From assembly GCF_009914755.1 (NCBI RefSeq), contig NC_060930.1: a DNA stretch of 64,000 nucleotides. One strand, given 5' to 3'. The translations under genes were made by a program, and so were the position numbers. Origin of the DNA: the human T2T-CHM13v2.0 reference genome, Homo sapiens. The notes beneath the pieces are model-generated. The model saw nothing but the letters and a program-made list of their open reading frames with translations, had not been told where the DNA came from and made no database searches. The first letter of the stretch is position 1, and the number at the start of each line of letters is the position of its first letter. Below, one piece after another: positions 12,070-27,070 of the stretch.

Positions 12070-15000
12070 GATGGACTTCCAAGTGCTGGGGAATTGATAA
12101 AAATAAATAAATACAAATGATAACACTGAATTTTCATACTACTTCATATGTTTTTATTTGTTGTTTTGTTTGTTTGTTTTTTACCTTTCATAAAACTTGT
12201 GTATACAGGACTGGAGAACATTTTATTTTATTTTTTGTTTTGTTTTTGGGTAAGGAGAATGGCAAGGAAGAGAAGAAGTGACTTGAGTAACTATGTGATG
12301 CTACATAGCAGTTATATGGGTCTGCAAAGTTTTGAGAACCATTTGAAACTTTTAATTGTGTAAGAGTGTGTGTGTTGTGGAGAGGAAGGGTTGGTAACAT
12401 TGGTTTAAAAACATATCTTCTCTGGTATTTTTATTATTATGCAAACATTTATTTATTTACTGATTAGGAATCTACTGAGTGCTTGATGTTTTGTGCATGG
12501 AATTCTTAATGAGTATAATCCTGGGGACCAGAGAAGGGAATTTGGGTTGGAAACTTTAAGAAGGATTTCCGTATTTCATGTGTGTATGGTTGAAAATATG
12601 AATGAACAAAGCAAAATTGAAATAAAAGAATACTGTTAATAATGAAGTTGTTGAGTGTGGAAGGTGTAGTAGCTCTCTAGAATGAGACCTGCATACATTA
12701 AGCATGGATTTCTTATAACCTCTTATCGTAATTGAAATAAATTTTCACTGAGGTATTTTTCATTATGTTTAAAACTGCTTATGTTTCTTTGTGAAGTAGA
12801 ATTTTATTTAAGTATTATGTTTACACTTGAAACAGTTATAATTTTTCTATATATTTTTCATTATACGATGTCATTATATGGTATTTAATGTATCTAGTAC
12901 CCAACCCTTTAAATTTTATTTTTGTACATTAATGTACATTAATATAAAATATTCTCTTCAAATCAGCACAGTTTTGGAAACTTTGTTTTTATTCTTATTT
13001 TTGGCTATAAACCATAGAGAATTGATAATCAATAATGATTTAGAGTGCCACTTAATTATTTGAACTTGACTATGAATTTAGAGCATTTAACAAAGGATCA
13101 TAAAGCCATAGAGATATGTGTCTGTTTTGTATTAGATGAAGAACAGGTAACATCTCAATACCTTTGTGTTGATGAAGGCATGACTAATAATACACGACTT
13201 AGATCAAGATAGTGGTGTGTGCATCATCCTGGGCCTGGAAAGCTGTCCTTTGAATATCATTGCTGATCGGCAGCAAAGCTATTTAAGTTAAATGATTTCC
13301 GACTATTTTAATCTTTGCTGGATTCTGCAAAATGAGTTTTATGTTTTGAGATCTATTTTGAAAAGAAATTATCTTGAAATGCTAGTCCATATTTAAACAC
13401 TTGGAAAAAAGGATGACTTAGCTGGAATTTCATTCAGTGAATTCTGATAAGTTATTAGAGACCAATGATCCCGAATATCCCCCCACAATGCTTACATAAT
13501 TAGATACTAAAAAAAATCAAAAATGGTTAGCATCAATTTGAGAATTCTGATATTTTCATAAGGTAAAATTTAAAAATATCATCTATGAGACTCTATGAAA
13601 TGCCACAGGCTCTACATTCAATTATCTTTCAACTATCCTCCAGGAATTTTGTGCACTTGCAGAGAATGACCTAGCTACACGGCTGTAAAAGTTTAATAAA
13701 GTATTTCTAGTGTGTATGGAAAATTCAATAAGTAACAAATGCACTAAATACATGAGCATGTAGCTGATTAACTCAAAATTAACTGAATGAATAGGAGCCT
13801 TCCTGAAATTTTAAATGTTTGCTGATGTGCATTTTTCCTATAACCAGTCCCTATCACACAATGATGATGCCTGAGGCATGTTATAAAATATGAAGGTAAA
13901 ATGGTTACTGTTTGGTTTCTGTTTCTATCATGTAAAATGAAATAATTTACCTGCTAACTTAATCCTGGATAAATATTTTCTCAAATTATTTCTACTAAAA
14001 AACAAGTTTATTTGGGGAGTGTGAGTTTTTTTGTTTTTTTTTTCGAAAGAGAGCAAATATGGGCATGAGAAAGACATTGGAACGCTGATGGATCCAGATT
14101 GCAATATTTAGGATGTAGCAAATGTACTCAGACGTTAATGCTTAAAAATCATTAAGAAAATTGTGGAGTCAACCACGGAAGATTATGTAGGTAGAATTAC
14201 TTCTTAACAACAGTTATGTTAAGGTAATAGAAATGTCACAGAAACATTTGCTTTCCTGGGTGGTTCATACTAGATGAGTAGTACACAATATTCATTTCAT
14301 GACATTTCTCCTGGTGTTCCTTCTTTTTAAGGTGATTTTTAAAATTTTGATAATTTTTTTTTAAATTTCTATATTTATGTACCTAAACACTAATAATTTG
14401 TTCTCCAATAAGATGCATTTTTAAAGAGAATCTTTACATATCACCCTTAAGAAAATAAAGAACTAAAGCATTTAAATAAAGATTTCATAAATACAAAGAA
14501 TATAATAACACCTATCATTCAGAAAATGCTTTCTAGTTTGCAAAGTTCTATTGCACATATTGTTTTGTATGGGCAATAACTGTGTCAGTTACATATTATC
14601 TGCCCCATTGAAGTGTCAATTATGCAGAATACTCTAAAAATCATGGTCTTTCTTTTTAAATAATTTTACTACAAATCAGATCAAATGAAAAGCTAAAGAA
14701 TTTCAGAGCTATAAATTTTCTCACTCCCTCTTATGTCTGGAGTACTTTTGAAACTGAATCACAAATATTCAGACTTATAAAGATCTTTCAACACTATTTA
14801 GTCCAAATCTTACCTGATTAATGGAACCCTAATCTACAAATATGTAATGGGACCATCATTTCAGATAAGCATAACTCTTTTGGAATACACATTCAACAAC
14901 ATCTCTATAAGATAAAAGATGAACAGTCTAATTGACTGTCTAAATGACTATTTGATAAATCTAATCATTAAAATTACCTGATATTTATTCAGGACAATAA

Positions 15001-15279
15001 TCAGACATTGTCTGATTGACATACTACTTAATGTAGACTAGTGTCTACAAATTAAAGCTTTCATTCATTAGATTTTTTGTACTATTTTGTATACATAATT
15101 TAAACAAATATGAGATAGGTCTCAAAAAAACGATTGATTTTTAGTCTAAGATTATTAAATTTAAAGAGCATGTATTTCAACTTCAGAGTCTGTATAGATT
15201 TACTAAGACAATCTATCTTGGATTTTTACTTTATTATCATTGTCTGGGGAAATCTATGTTTTGGAGAAATAATGTGCAT

Positions 15280-15629
15280 TCTTGGTTACCTTGTGATACA
15301 TTGAGAAATAGCATTGAAGGTGAGAAATGAGCAAAGTCAGGGTGTCTCTTTTTCTGGGCTTCTCGCCTTGCATTGCTGTGGGTTGGCTGCATGCCCCTGT
15401 CCTCTGTTGAAGGTTACAGCTTCTGTCAGGTGACCTCCCTCTTTGATGCTCTGGTGACCACGCGCCTTACTCCTTTAAGCCTATGGGCAGTAATGGCTCC
15501 CCACTGTTTCTAGCTCTGGGCACTGAACTATCTTTCCTTGCTTACTCAAAGCACTATTCATGCTGTTGTACTTGCTTCTCATAATACCTTGAGAACAACA
15601 GGTTTCTTACTGGGACCCTGACTAACACC
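15280..15629 (+). mobile_element. ERVL-class solo LTR (LTR40-like)
   Basis: gcctatgggcagtaatggctccccactgtttctagc...tttcttactgggaccctgactaacac resembles the recalled LTR40 3' half. Confidence 0.45.
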
Positions 15630-18509
15630 AAGGTGTATAGTTGAGTTAGTGAGGTGATTTCAGAGTATATATAAAATAAATCGGAAATCAGTGTTTTATA
15701 TTGTGGTCCTTCCATTTAATGTACTAAAGGTCTTATGTAATAATTATCCCTTTTGCAGATGGGCGCACAGAGTAGCGCAAGTGTACAGAGAAATAAATAA
15801 CAATGAAGTATTGAAAATTAAAATATCAATATGTGTTTGTCTTAATAACTCTTCTTTGAGTTTAGGCCCTCTAGGTTTTTTTCGGTATTTATCTGTTGGT
15901 TTTTTTTTAATTGCATCACAATTTTTAAAAATTGCATAATACACATACGTTCATATACATCATACATAATATTTATTTTCAGTATTGATGAGACAATGGA
16001 ACATTTGCACTGCCCTAGATGTTCAAAGAAATTTGTGTGAGCTGACAAAAACAAATTACTTCAAGGCTCCCATATAAAACATAAAAATTCCTGACAGATT
16101 AAGAATTTAGTCTAATTTTATATCATTTTAAAAATGGAAAGATGAAAATAAAAATAGAATTTTGGTTGCTGTTCAAGTTTCATTTTGCCTGTTGATCTCA
16201 CTGTCTCAAAACAAAACAAAAACAAAACACATACACAAAATGTATTTTTGTGTATCTTCTTCGTTTTATTCCGGAAAACAATCAAGGCAACTAAGTTTTC
16301 CTTTATAATTTCATAAGGAAAATTACAGCTTTTTATTTTTCCTTTTTGTTTGTCCATTTGTTGCTTTTCACATCAAGAAAGGAGCCTGAGAGGAAAAGAA
16401 GTAACTGAAAAAAAATTAAAAGGCTGACTTTTCTTCTAGACTTCTATTGAAACAGCTTTATGATTTTTTTTGAATAGGCAATGCAAAACAGATATTTTAT
16501 GTCTGCTGGATGTTTTTGGAAATACTTCTTATGTTTACTACTTATAAAAATTGTAATGTAAAAAGAGGGCAACTTGGGAAGACAAAAATCTGTTTACTTT
16601 ATATAATCTTTCCACATAAATCTGGCAAACTTTCAAAGATCTGCCTCTGCACTGTAGACTGAGAAATGTCAGTTTATTTTGGCTTCCAAGAGAGGTCAGC
16701 TTCCTTTACAGATATGTCAGCCTGTGGTCAGTTCTCTTTGGCTGGCCTTGGTTTTTGCAACTTAAAGGGCAAACTGTATATTTTTTAAGTGCTGCTTGAG
16801 AAATTAGCCAATTGCAATGGCCATTTTATTTTTCAACAGGCTTTGCTTTCAAATGTGATGAAGTAAACAGCCGTGGAGCAGCATCATTTCACTTCCAAGA
16901 AAGAGAACATTTTAATACTTTAGCTTGTAGTATATTAAAAATCTACTCTTTTAAAAACATATGAGTTCTTTCTGTTTAGTGGTTTCCCTGGAATTTTCTA
17001 ATGATCATACTTTGGTGTTCAATTGATAATAAAGGGTCACAAATGAATTCTAGGTATAATAAATATTACATGTGCTTGCCTCTGGCCTCTGTGTTCTGAG
17101 ACCACAGAAACCACAAATATGGAGCAGTGGGAGTTTAGGAGAGCAGAAGTTGATCCACTAAATAAAGAACTGATTTAGGCAAAAGAAATAAGTAAATGGT
17201 AGGATGTGAATTAATACAACATTATCTCCCCTTAGCAGTGGAACCTTTTTTTCTAAATGGAAGCCAATATATAAGAGCCTTTTAAAAACAGAGCTGCTTT
17301 GGATGAAGTGGGCAGAAAGCCTAAAGCCGTGCCTAATTAGTCTCTCCTTTCTTCCTATATTGGTAGGAGAGGCAACTCCTCTTGAAAAACCACTGCAGAA
17401 CTATAAATCAGTGTCTCCATATGTAGCCACATACAAGAAATTAATGTTTTAAACTTCCTTCCATTGAAAACTAATGTTTTCAATTTTATGGTCACCAAGT
17501 ATGTGTAAGGACTGTCAGTTTGTTCCTACTGTGTTTTGCTTAGAACAAAATTCATAATTTATCTAGGATCCTATGGCCTGCATATCTATCTGTGCTTAAT
17601 TTTTTTCCATACTCTGCTCTTCCCCACACAACCCAATAATTGAGTTTGCCTGAGTCTAACTCCCACCCCTTATGCAAGTCTTCAGCTTTCTCTATGGTGC
17701 TTCTCAGGTATCTTCAATGCCTGCTGGGTAGCGTCCGATAAGCGTTCTCTGTCACTTCTCTACCATGCCTCACCCTGTCTGGTAGGCATTTGCAATCTCC
17801 TGCCAGGACTCAGTGTCTCTGCTTTTGCTTAGCACAGACCTTAGTGTCATGAAGGCAAGCTGTCTTTAAGCCAGCAGTGAGACTCCCGCTTTCCCACTCT
17901 ATGTCACACTTGTGAAATAACAGATCTGCTCATGACCGACCTCTTGCTCCTGGAACATAAACACTTTCTTCAGACTCTGTCTGGAGCGAGTTTGTCCTGA
18001 GGCCCCCTGTTGGACATCAAGACAGGCACCACATTTCTCCATCTTTCTCTCTGGTCATCTGAACTCCAGACCTCTTCCACCCTGGGCTCCCAAACAAAAA
18101 TCCTCCTGCAAATTAGCTTACTCCAATCATGTGTTTTTCTCACATACTAGTTTAATTAGATAAATATGAATATTTATTTAGAATCCTTTAAAATTTTTAA
18201 GTACAATTGATAAATATTCAGAAGGCTTAATTTTAAATCTTTATAAATGTAATACATTTGGGTGGTATTCATTCTGCCTCTCCTTTATTGTTTTGATAAC
18301 CCTCAAATATTTCAGTTTCAAACTCAAGTTTCTTGGAATAAGCTGAAGTTATTAGAGCAATAATAATTATGCTTAATTCCTTTGGTGTTTACACATAATG
18401 AATATCCTTAACCGAAGACATGTTAATAAAATAGCAACAAAAAGCTTATTAGCATTGACATTACTTAGATATCAGTAGATAATTGAGATGTCATGAATGT
18501 TTTTCACCA

Positions 18510-18899
18510 AATTGTTACAGACTCCTACCATTCTGGGTTTCTGTAGGAATTGTGTTACTGGCCTACTAATGGTTGTTTGGGGTTATATGATTGGCTCTGG
18601 CTAATGAGTTGTGAGCAAAAGTGACATTGCTCACTTCTGATCTGAGTCATTTTATTGCTGGAGTAAGACTGTGAAAGTGTCTTTGTTTCTAGCATGGATA
18701 CCTGTACCTAAAGAGAAGGGGCTCCTCTCTCAGCTGAGTTCTTAAGTGACTAAAATGAGAAGAGCCTCTGCTCTAAGCCTTTGCCTGTCTATGATGACTG
18801 TGAGGCATGAGCAAGGAATAAAACTTCCTTTTTTGAGACGCTGAGAAGTTAGGGGTTGGTGGTGTCACTACAGCCTAATCTATCCTATTCTGACATATC
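18510..18899 (+). mobile_element. MaLR LTR (MLT1J-like)
   Basis: tctggctaatgagttgtgagcaaaagtgac...gcatgagcaaggaataaaac...ctatcctattctgac. Confidence 0.6.
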
Positions 18900-20749
18900 T
18901 ATAATGTCCAGTTGAGGTGGATTGGGGAACAGTTGTGGTGTGCTAAAACGTGATTAGTTACATTGGTGATGTGTTCTGTAATCCAGATGTAATAAGGTGA
19001 TGGGCATGTCAGTAAATGATATTTTGGGGGAAGAATGTATGCACATATTCCACATTGTACTCTGAGGTAGCTGCATATATTACTAGCAAAGCACTCTAGA
19101 ACCCATTTTAGGTATGATTTATCAAAAATGATCTTGTTTTAGCCTACTTAAAATTAATAAATACTAAAATAAGTACAGTAATTGTATATTTTTATAGGAG
19201 ACTATTCTTTCAACATTTAAAGATACTCGAGTTTTTCTTTATTTTAAAACTACATTAGAGAGAAGGTTCTGTGGTCCTTTGTTGAACCATGATTGTTACA
19301 GAACTAAGAGAAAAACATTTATTCTAGCATGGTGGTTTTGCTGAAAGGTAAGAACTTGTCCTGTTCTCTTTTTGTCCTTCCTTTCCTTCCTGCCTATCTT
19401 CCTTCCTTTTCTTCTCTTGTATTCTTTCGTCTTTTCTCTCTTCTATTTCTCTCACAGCCCCTCCCTCCCTCTCTCCCTCTCTTCCTCCTTTGTTATTTTA
19501 CTCCTTTTTTTTGATACATAGGCTATAATTTATAAATGTTGGTCTATAGGTTGGACATTGAAATAATTTGCACGGAATCTGTTATTAATATACATGTAAG
19601 TGTTTGGTAAACAAATATTTCTACAATAGGTCATGAGGAACTTGTAATCACTTAGTAAGCACTGCTTCATTAATCTTAACAATTTTCTTGTGAGGTTAAT
19701 TGTGTAGCAATAATTAACATCCCCTTTGAGTAGGTGGGCTTTTGTCACACTGAGAAGTATTCTTATCTCCCCTCAGAGGCGGGAGAGGAAAAGTAGGCTG
19801 TTGTAAACTTTAAATAAGACTCTGTGAGTTACTTAGTGGGGAGGAAATAATTCTTCCCAATGTGAGTGGTATGCTGGCAAGCTTTGTTCTACGTGGCTGT
19901 GCCTTCCATTTAATTTCCTGGCTTTCTTATTCTCAAGAAGTTTGGATTATGATATGCTCATTAATTATAAAACAGACTTCAGTAGTCAGAGAATAGTACA
20001 CATAGGCCATTGAGCAAGTAGGAAATTAAAACAAAATGAAAAAATAAACACTTTCTGCTTTTTTTTTCTTCTTATGTATTGTGAAGAAAATCCAGGGATG
20101 GAGTGAATTATCAGTTTAGTTCCCACCTTTGTATATCTGATCTGTCACACACAAATCCACATATACACTTATATGTGAATATATGGCATTAAATGCTCAC
20201 AAGCAGTCTATGCATATATTATTTGAAAAGATAATCATTTTTCAATAGTTTGAGAATATATTCCCTGTTAAACTGAATTTACTAACTAAATATTTACTAA
20301 ATATACTCTTAACCAGGGTGATTTATGAGATCATAGGAATAACAAAGAATAAAAATACCTTCTGCAAAGGAAGCTTTAAATTTTAATTTGATTTGTTTGA
20401 AAATTCACATGAAGTCTTTGTAATCAATACATTCAGATCAGTATTCTACGAATCTTTCTGCATGTCAGAAATTAAAATTTTATTTAGGATTGAAGAGTAA
20501 ATCATTTGCCAAGTAGGTTTCTAAAAGTGAAAACAAATGTCAGTTTCAAAAAAGAACAATTTAGTTTTACATTTCTGAGGAAGTCACATATATTATGTAT
20601 TAATAAATTAACAGTCTCACATTCTCTTTGATCATTGATTGTTTCTTGGCAGTTTGTTACATACTAGATTCTACACATCTCACAGCTATAAATTCAGTAC
20701 CAGAATTTAGGGAGATAATTTTAATGTAAAACAAAGATTGTTGTAAGAG

Positions 20750-21000
20750 ACAACATGTCATAGTGTTTAAGGGTCAGACTCCCTGGGTTCCAGTCCCAAT
20801 TTCCAGCTCTGTGGCATTGACACTTTTACACACTTCTCTAAACATCAGGGTTTTGTTTTGTTTCGTTTTTTTGTTGTTTCTGTTTTCTGTGAAGTGGTGA
20901 TGATTTTAGTGAAATAATTGGAAGACTGAATGAGGTAATGCATGTAAAATACTTAGCATAATGTTTGGACTGTGTAGTAAAGGCTCAATAAATGTTAAAT
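20750..21000 (+). mobile_element. MIR
   Basis: cctgggttccagtccc...gaatgaggtaatgcatgtaaaatacttagc...gctcaataaatgtta. Confidence 0.7.
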
Positions 21001-23619
21001 TCCATTAATTGGGTAATCCTGGAACTCTTCACTGCAATTAGAATTCTTTATTACAACAAATAAAATTTTGATTCATCATAAAAAGTAATCAATTTCTTTA
21101 ATGGACCTCAGAGAAATTAAAATGCCTCCTGGACTGTTAAGTCCTCAGAAATGTATTGCATCTTTAATTCTTTATTTCCTCTGAATACTCATGCACATGA
21201 GAAAAAATTTCTAAGTTAAGACATGTCTATTCTCCTTTAGTCCTCATTTCAAATATCAACCACTGTTTACAGTATCACCACTTTTTCCTTTTAAAATGGA
21301 CTAATCAGTTTTATTTAGAGATTGTTTGACAAAGGGTGATTGCCCCAAATGATGGTTTCCTGAAGACCAGGATATACCAACCAAGAAAAGGCAAGTATAT
21401 TTTGTCCACCTAAGTAACTTCTTCTTCTGTGTATTTTTCTGCAAATATGGATGTTCCTTTGGACTAGTCCTTTCTCAATCATATTGAAGTTTAAATATAT
21501 TTACTTTAATTGGTAAAATCAACTTAAAAATCTCTATTCTGATTTTTTCCTAAGGATTGGTATGCATGTTAAAAGTAACCAAAGTATAATTTATGTCTTG
21601 GCCTGTATTGAATGCCTTTTTCCTCCTGAGCAGAGTCAATTGAAAAATATCTTGCTTGCTGCCTCCATTTTTAACATTTATTCTTAGGCTTAATGTAGGA
21701 AACTAGCAATAAAATATAAATCCATATTCTATTTTTTAAAAGATCATACTGTTTTATTTTCAATTTTATGAAACTTTTACTTTTAGATATTACAAACAAG
21801 AGAATTAGAAATGTGACGTTAGACTTTTAACTCTCTGTAGTCCTTTGTATTTAGGAGAGAATTTGGATTAGAAAACCACCTTCTGGAGGAGATTTTGACA
21901 TTACTGTGTGAGCAAATTCAGGCAAGTCACATAATCTCTTAGAGAGAACTTCAGTTTGCTCAGTTATAAAGATCAAAATAATCATCTGTAACACACTGGA
22001 TTATATGGAAAGTGTAATATACATGAAATCTATTTAGAAAAGTGAAAACCAGCATGCAAAAATGTTGTTGTAATTATTATTATTGCCAACATAAACTTGT
22101 AAATTTGTTCACATTTATTAGTTTAGTTCATTGGCCTGTATGTATGTGAAATAATGGTCCAGTCCTTTGATGATAAATATCACAAATTGTTGGATAGATT
22201 TGCTGGGTTTGACATTTTAAATTAAGACTCTGATATTCTGTTAGGAAAACATTTATTTCTTTGGTTTTTCTTTTTACTTTCTATATCACTGGAAGCAATG
22301 AGTTTCGGCTTCATATTCACATATTTCAGAGTTCCACTCCCAACCCTGCTTTCCACTAGTATGACCTTTGGCAGTTTGCTTCACAGTTTGGTTCATAGAA
22401 AATATGAACTTTATTTTCTGCATCTGCAAAATAGAAATCATATCTATTCTTTCTTAATATAGTCTGTACCAAAAGCAATATTAAGATTAATGCACAAATA
22501 ATGCAGAAGTGGGAAGTTCTCTTAATTCAGGTTTTTTAAGTAATCTAAAACGTTGTTTTAGGCTGCCCATAGAAAATGAAGTATAATGACTTCGATTTTA
22601 TTCAATTCCAGTTTTACTCATCTGTAGATGAAGATCAGAAATATAATGAGTTGCTTTATAATAGGCTTCCACTCTTACATCAATCAGACAAGCAGCCTAA
22701 AAATAAACACATCCTTTCTGTCCTTGTGTTTCCTGGGAAAGTCAAGAGTTAGCATTAAAGGAAAATGAGTACAAATGAAGATTTATCAAAAAATTTCCCC
22801 AAGTGCTAAAAACAAAAATGGTCTGGGAGATATTGTAGTTTTACAGAACTATTTGTTTTCTGTAGGGGGCAAAGGCTATATATAAATAAGCCTAGGTCTC
22901 AGTGCCATGTCATGTAACTAAGAATTAAATGTATTAGTCTTTAAAGAATGCAAATGAGGTAAATTTTACATCAGTAAAAATTTTTAAACAGACGAAAATA
23001 TGGAAACGTGTTAACAGAGCTTCAAAATTTTATGCTATGTTTTTGAATCAGTCTTGAAAATACTACAGATTGGTGTCTGTCCTCCTCTGCAGGTGATAGG
23101 TGGGACTATTTCAGAGGACAAATGTGATCAAGCAGCTGGCCATGGTTTTGTTCTGATGGGATTACTCAGCAAATTTAGTAGATAAACTAAACATTTTCCT
23201 ATTACTTTCTACTTAAAATACTTACTCAACTTGTAAAGGGTTTTATCAAACCTTAGACTTTGTAAACACTTTTAAAAACACTCAGTTTTGTGCCTTTGAA
23301 CAAGTGTAGCAAAATTAATAGGTGAATCTATATGCAAATTTGTATAGATCTTTGCTTAATTCAGGTAATATCAGCCTAATATATCTATTTTGATTAATTA
23401 TGTATTTGATTAATTAAACACAACTGGCATTGCACAACTTAACCCCAAATGTATAAACTTTTCTGTTAACCTGGCATCTATGGGAAATGGCTATTTTAGT
23501 AATCCGTTAATGGAAATTTACCATCTGTAGTAGATATTTTGAGAATTCAAATGGAACAAACAACAGACTACTAAGCCCATACTTTGTATTTATTTATTTG
23601 TGTATTTCATAATCACAAT

Positions 23620-23835
23620 ACTAATGAATTATTCCTGTGTGTCAGATAAAATTTTAAATATTAACTCTTTCATTCTTCCTAAGAGCCCCATGAGATAGCT
23701 GTTATTATTACTTTTGTTTTCTGGATGAAAAGACTGAGACACAGAAAAGTTAAGTGACTTGCATAGTATCACATTGAGAAGAGGCAGAGCTGAATTCAAG
23801 TTCATTCTCTGAGCCCTTACACTATACCACCACTC
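23620..23835 (-). mobile_element. MIR
   Basis: gatgaaaagactgagacacagaaaagttaagtgacttgc is the reverse MIR core. Confidence 0.7.
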
Positions 23836-26800
23836 TGTAAAGATACATATAACACAATATTAGTTAAAAACTCAAAAAGAACTTAGCTTATCCCATGTTT
23901 TGTAACTATAGGACGTTTCAAATAGAAAAATATATGTATTTTAAATCCTGCAAAGTACATCTCCAGATATGCTTAGTGGCCTCTGTCTGGTAATGTTTCT
24001 TCCACCTAGTGTTTTCCAAGCTATAGCCTGCATGTATCCTCACTAATAAAAGGACTTTCTTCTTTAACCAAGCCTATTGCTCAAAGAATTCTGCAATCTC
24101 ATCTCTCCCAGGAAACCTCCAAGTGATAAAAAATGGAGTATTGATTTCGACCTGCTATGAGACATGCAAAGTTTACTTTTTACTCACTAATACAAAGTTT
24201 TTTGGATTGCTACATTTTAAATTAGTATACATATTTATTTAGATATAAGTTTAGTCTATGTTTAACATTTTGTTTTAGAAAAATTTAAATGTCTTAGGTT
24301 ACAGGGGCATAGATGTTAAAGGCTTTGCTGTTTAATTACCTTGAACTTTACTTAGCACCATATTAACACAACGAGCTGCTTAATCTTTTCTGTAATTATG
24401 ATTATAGAAGATCAAAATAAAACTAGAATTACAATTATCTTTTAATGATTTTAAGTTGGTAAGATGTCATTTCTACTAGACAAAAATAATTTATAGTTAG
24501 ATTAAGCATCTCTAGTACCAGAAGATACAGGATACCTGTAAAAGAAAGAGAGGTGAAAAGTTCATTCCCTGGCTTAGAGAATATTTTATTTAATTTTTGT
24601 CTTTAAAATAATTTTCATAAGTTCTTTTGTAACTCTCAACTTTTATTTACCTGAGAACCAAAAATAAATATCCTATTAGAAAAAAATAAATCCTGATCCA
24701 TTCTAACTAAAATAATTTTTTTGTGCTATTTTCTTAATTGTGGTAACACTCAATTACTGAAAATCAAGCTGATGCAATTTTTTTTAAATGATAAGTGATT
24801 CAATGTTTTGGGGATGTGACAGTTTCCTCAGAGGAACTAATCAAAACAAAATTATTTTTCTTGATAAAAAACAGCTACTTCATTTTTTCTAAAAAAAAAA
24901 GACAATTCAGAGAACTTATGTAGGTCATTGTCAGTAAAAAAATAGGAAGGAGAAAATATAACAAAATTAATTATCTGTAAAGTACATAAGATGATTTAAA
25001 GTTTCCTTTTTTTCTTATTTATTTTGTTTTCTTGAATTTATTTCATATTTATATATGCGAAGAAGCATATTTCCCCATAAATATATTTAGAATGACTTTT
25101 ATTGATTTTTTAATGTAATTTGTAACTATTACATTTATATTACAACACAAATATATATCCTGTCATCTCTAATATGAATTATTTTTATATGTTATCTTTT
25201 TAAAAGTTGTATTTAAATTACTCCAGAATTCTTATATCATGCGAATTATGTGAAAGGACTTTAGGTACACGATTAAAAATATTCTAGCATTTGCATAATT
25301 TAACAGATTAAGAAGAAGAATTTAGAAAACCATTCTAGGGCAATTTACTTGTTTTGAACATCTGGTTAACACCTGGAGTAATGAAACTTAACACAGCAGT
25401 AACCATCTTTTACACTGATCCTCCATGCACACACAATTGCTAGGAAGGATTAACTACTATTAATTCTTGCTTTCTTTTGCCATAGTGATTTTCCTTGAAA
25501 AACAAATTGAGAATCCTTTACTGTAGAATAGCTGAAATTTATATGCATAATATGAATATCACTGATTAAAACCATACTTCAATTTAATATAAATGTGACA
25601 AAGAAAGCCGGTTCTTGAAGTTAATACAGATAATTATGATAGAATGTCCTTGAAATTCGTATAAGCACATTTTAGGCAATAAACAATATTATAGTAATAG
25701 CCAATGTCATATTCAGCAGAAATTAATGTTGAGTTGACTAGATAAAGACTAGGCTCACAACTTTTCAGATGTTTAATATATTTTTAGATTATATATTTTA
25801 TAATATATTTCATATAAGTACAGTATTAAAATATATTTTAATATTATGTGTTTTTACCTTTTTTAGTGAATCTTTTTTATGTATCACTTCCTTTTTTTTT
25901 CATTTAGTATGTTGATACTTTGGGATACTTTCAATGGAAGGTGTTAAATGAGCCTGCATTCTCAGATCGCAGGGAAAAAAGTTACTTTTCTAAGTTAATT
26001 TTAAAAATGAATAATCATTATACACACAATTACCTTGTGTAGGCCATACCAGAAGTTAATGATGTGAATTCTCCTTTCAAGGTACAAATGATTCAGAGCC
26101 ACTCAAATTGATATTCCATCCTTTTAAAATTTTACTTCCATATATCCAAATTTCTAGGTATATTGTAGGCTTATTTAATAGAATGACAATAAAGATAAGA
26201 TTGAAACACTTGTAAAGTAAACCATGATGGACTTCTTTTAAAATGTCTCATCTCTAGCTAAATGCTTCAATTACATAGCAAGGGATGTTGTTTTATAATT
26301 ACTCTTACACAGTAATTCCAATTTTTAAGATCTTATCAACAAATAGGATTGAGTTTTGCCATAAGTTTCTTGTCTTCAGCAAAACGTTAATTTAACTCAT
26401 GCTATGTTACAATAGTTGTGGATGGCAGGCATGTACACAATTTATATGAAATAAGCTGGATAAATGGCTGTCAGAAAATCATGATTCTTAGTGTTTTCCT
26501 TCTTCTTAGTCTAAAATCATTTTGCAAAAATTATGTATTTGTATGTATTTATTTATAAATATATAATTACTAACATATATAAAGCATCACAGTGAAGTAG
26601 TATACTATGAGTTCAATGATTTTATATACAAAAAAATGTTTTTTGGACCTTAATTTTTCAAGAAGTGCCTCTAGGTATAGTATTACATGAGATAGTAATG
26701 GCAAACAGGATTTATTTGTATATTATATTATTAGCCTTCAAGTCAGAGCCACTGAATATAAATAGGGAATATATTTAATAAATACCCAAAATGAGAAGAT

Positions 26801-26853
26801 TATTTAAGGTTTTTGCCATTATTGGGAAGAAACAAACATTATAGGTGGCCAAA

Positions 26854-26934
<81 letters not shown>

Positions 26935-27070
26935 TGTATACATATATATATGTGTGTATACATATATATGTGTGTGTATATATATGTGTATACATATATA
27001 TATGTGTGTATACATATATATGTGTGTATACATATATATATGTGTATACATATATATATATATATATATA
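26854..27070. repeat. Compound (TA)n/(TG)n/(TGTATACA) microsatellite
   Basis: About 217 bp of purine/pyrimidine alternation. Confidence 0.97.

Noticed and set aside
16600-16900. Enhancer-looking unique sequence with FOX (GTAAACA) and CCAAT-like motifs
   Set aside because: Short motifs are expected by chance; needs conservation or chromatin data.
25824-25843. 20-bp palindrome tattaaaatatattttaata
   Set aside because: All A/T within low-complexity sequence; plausible by chance.
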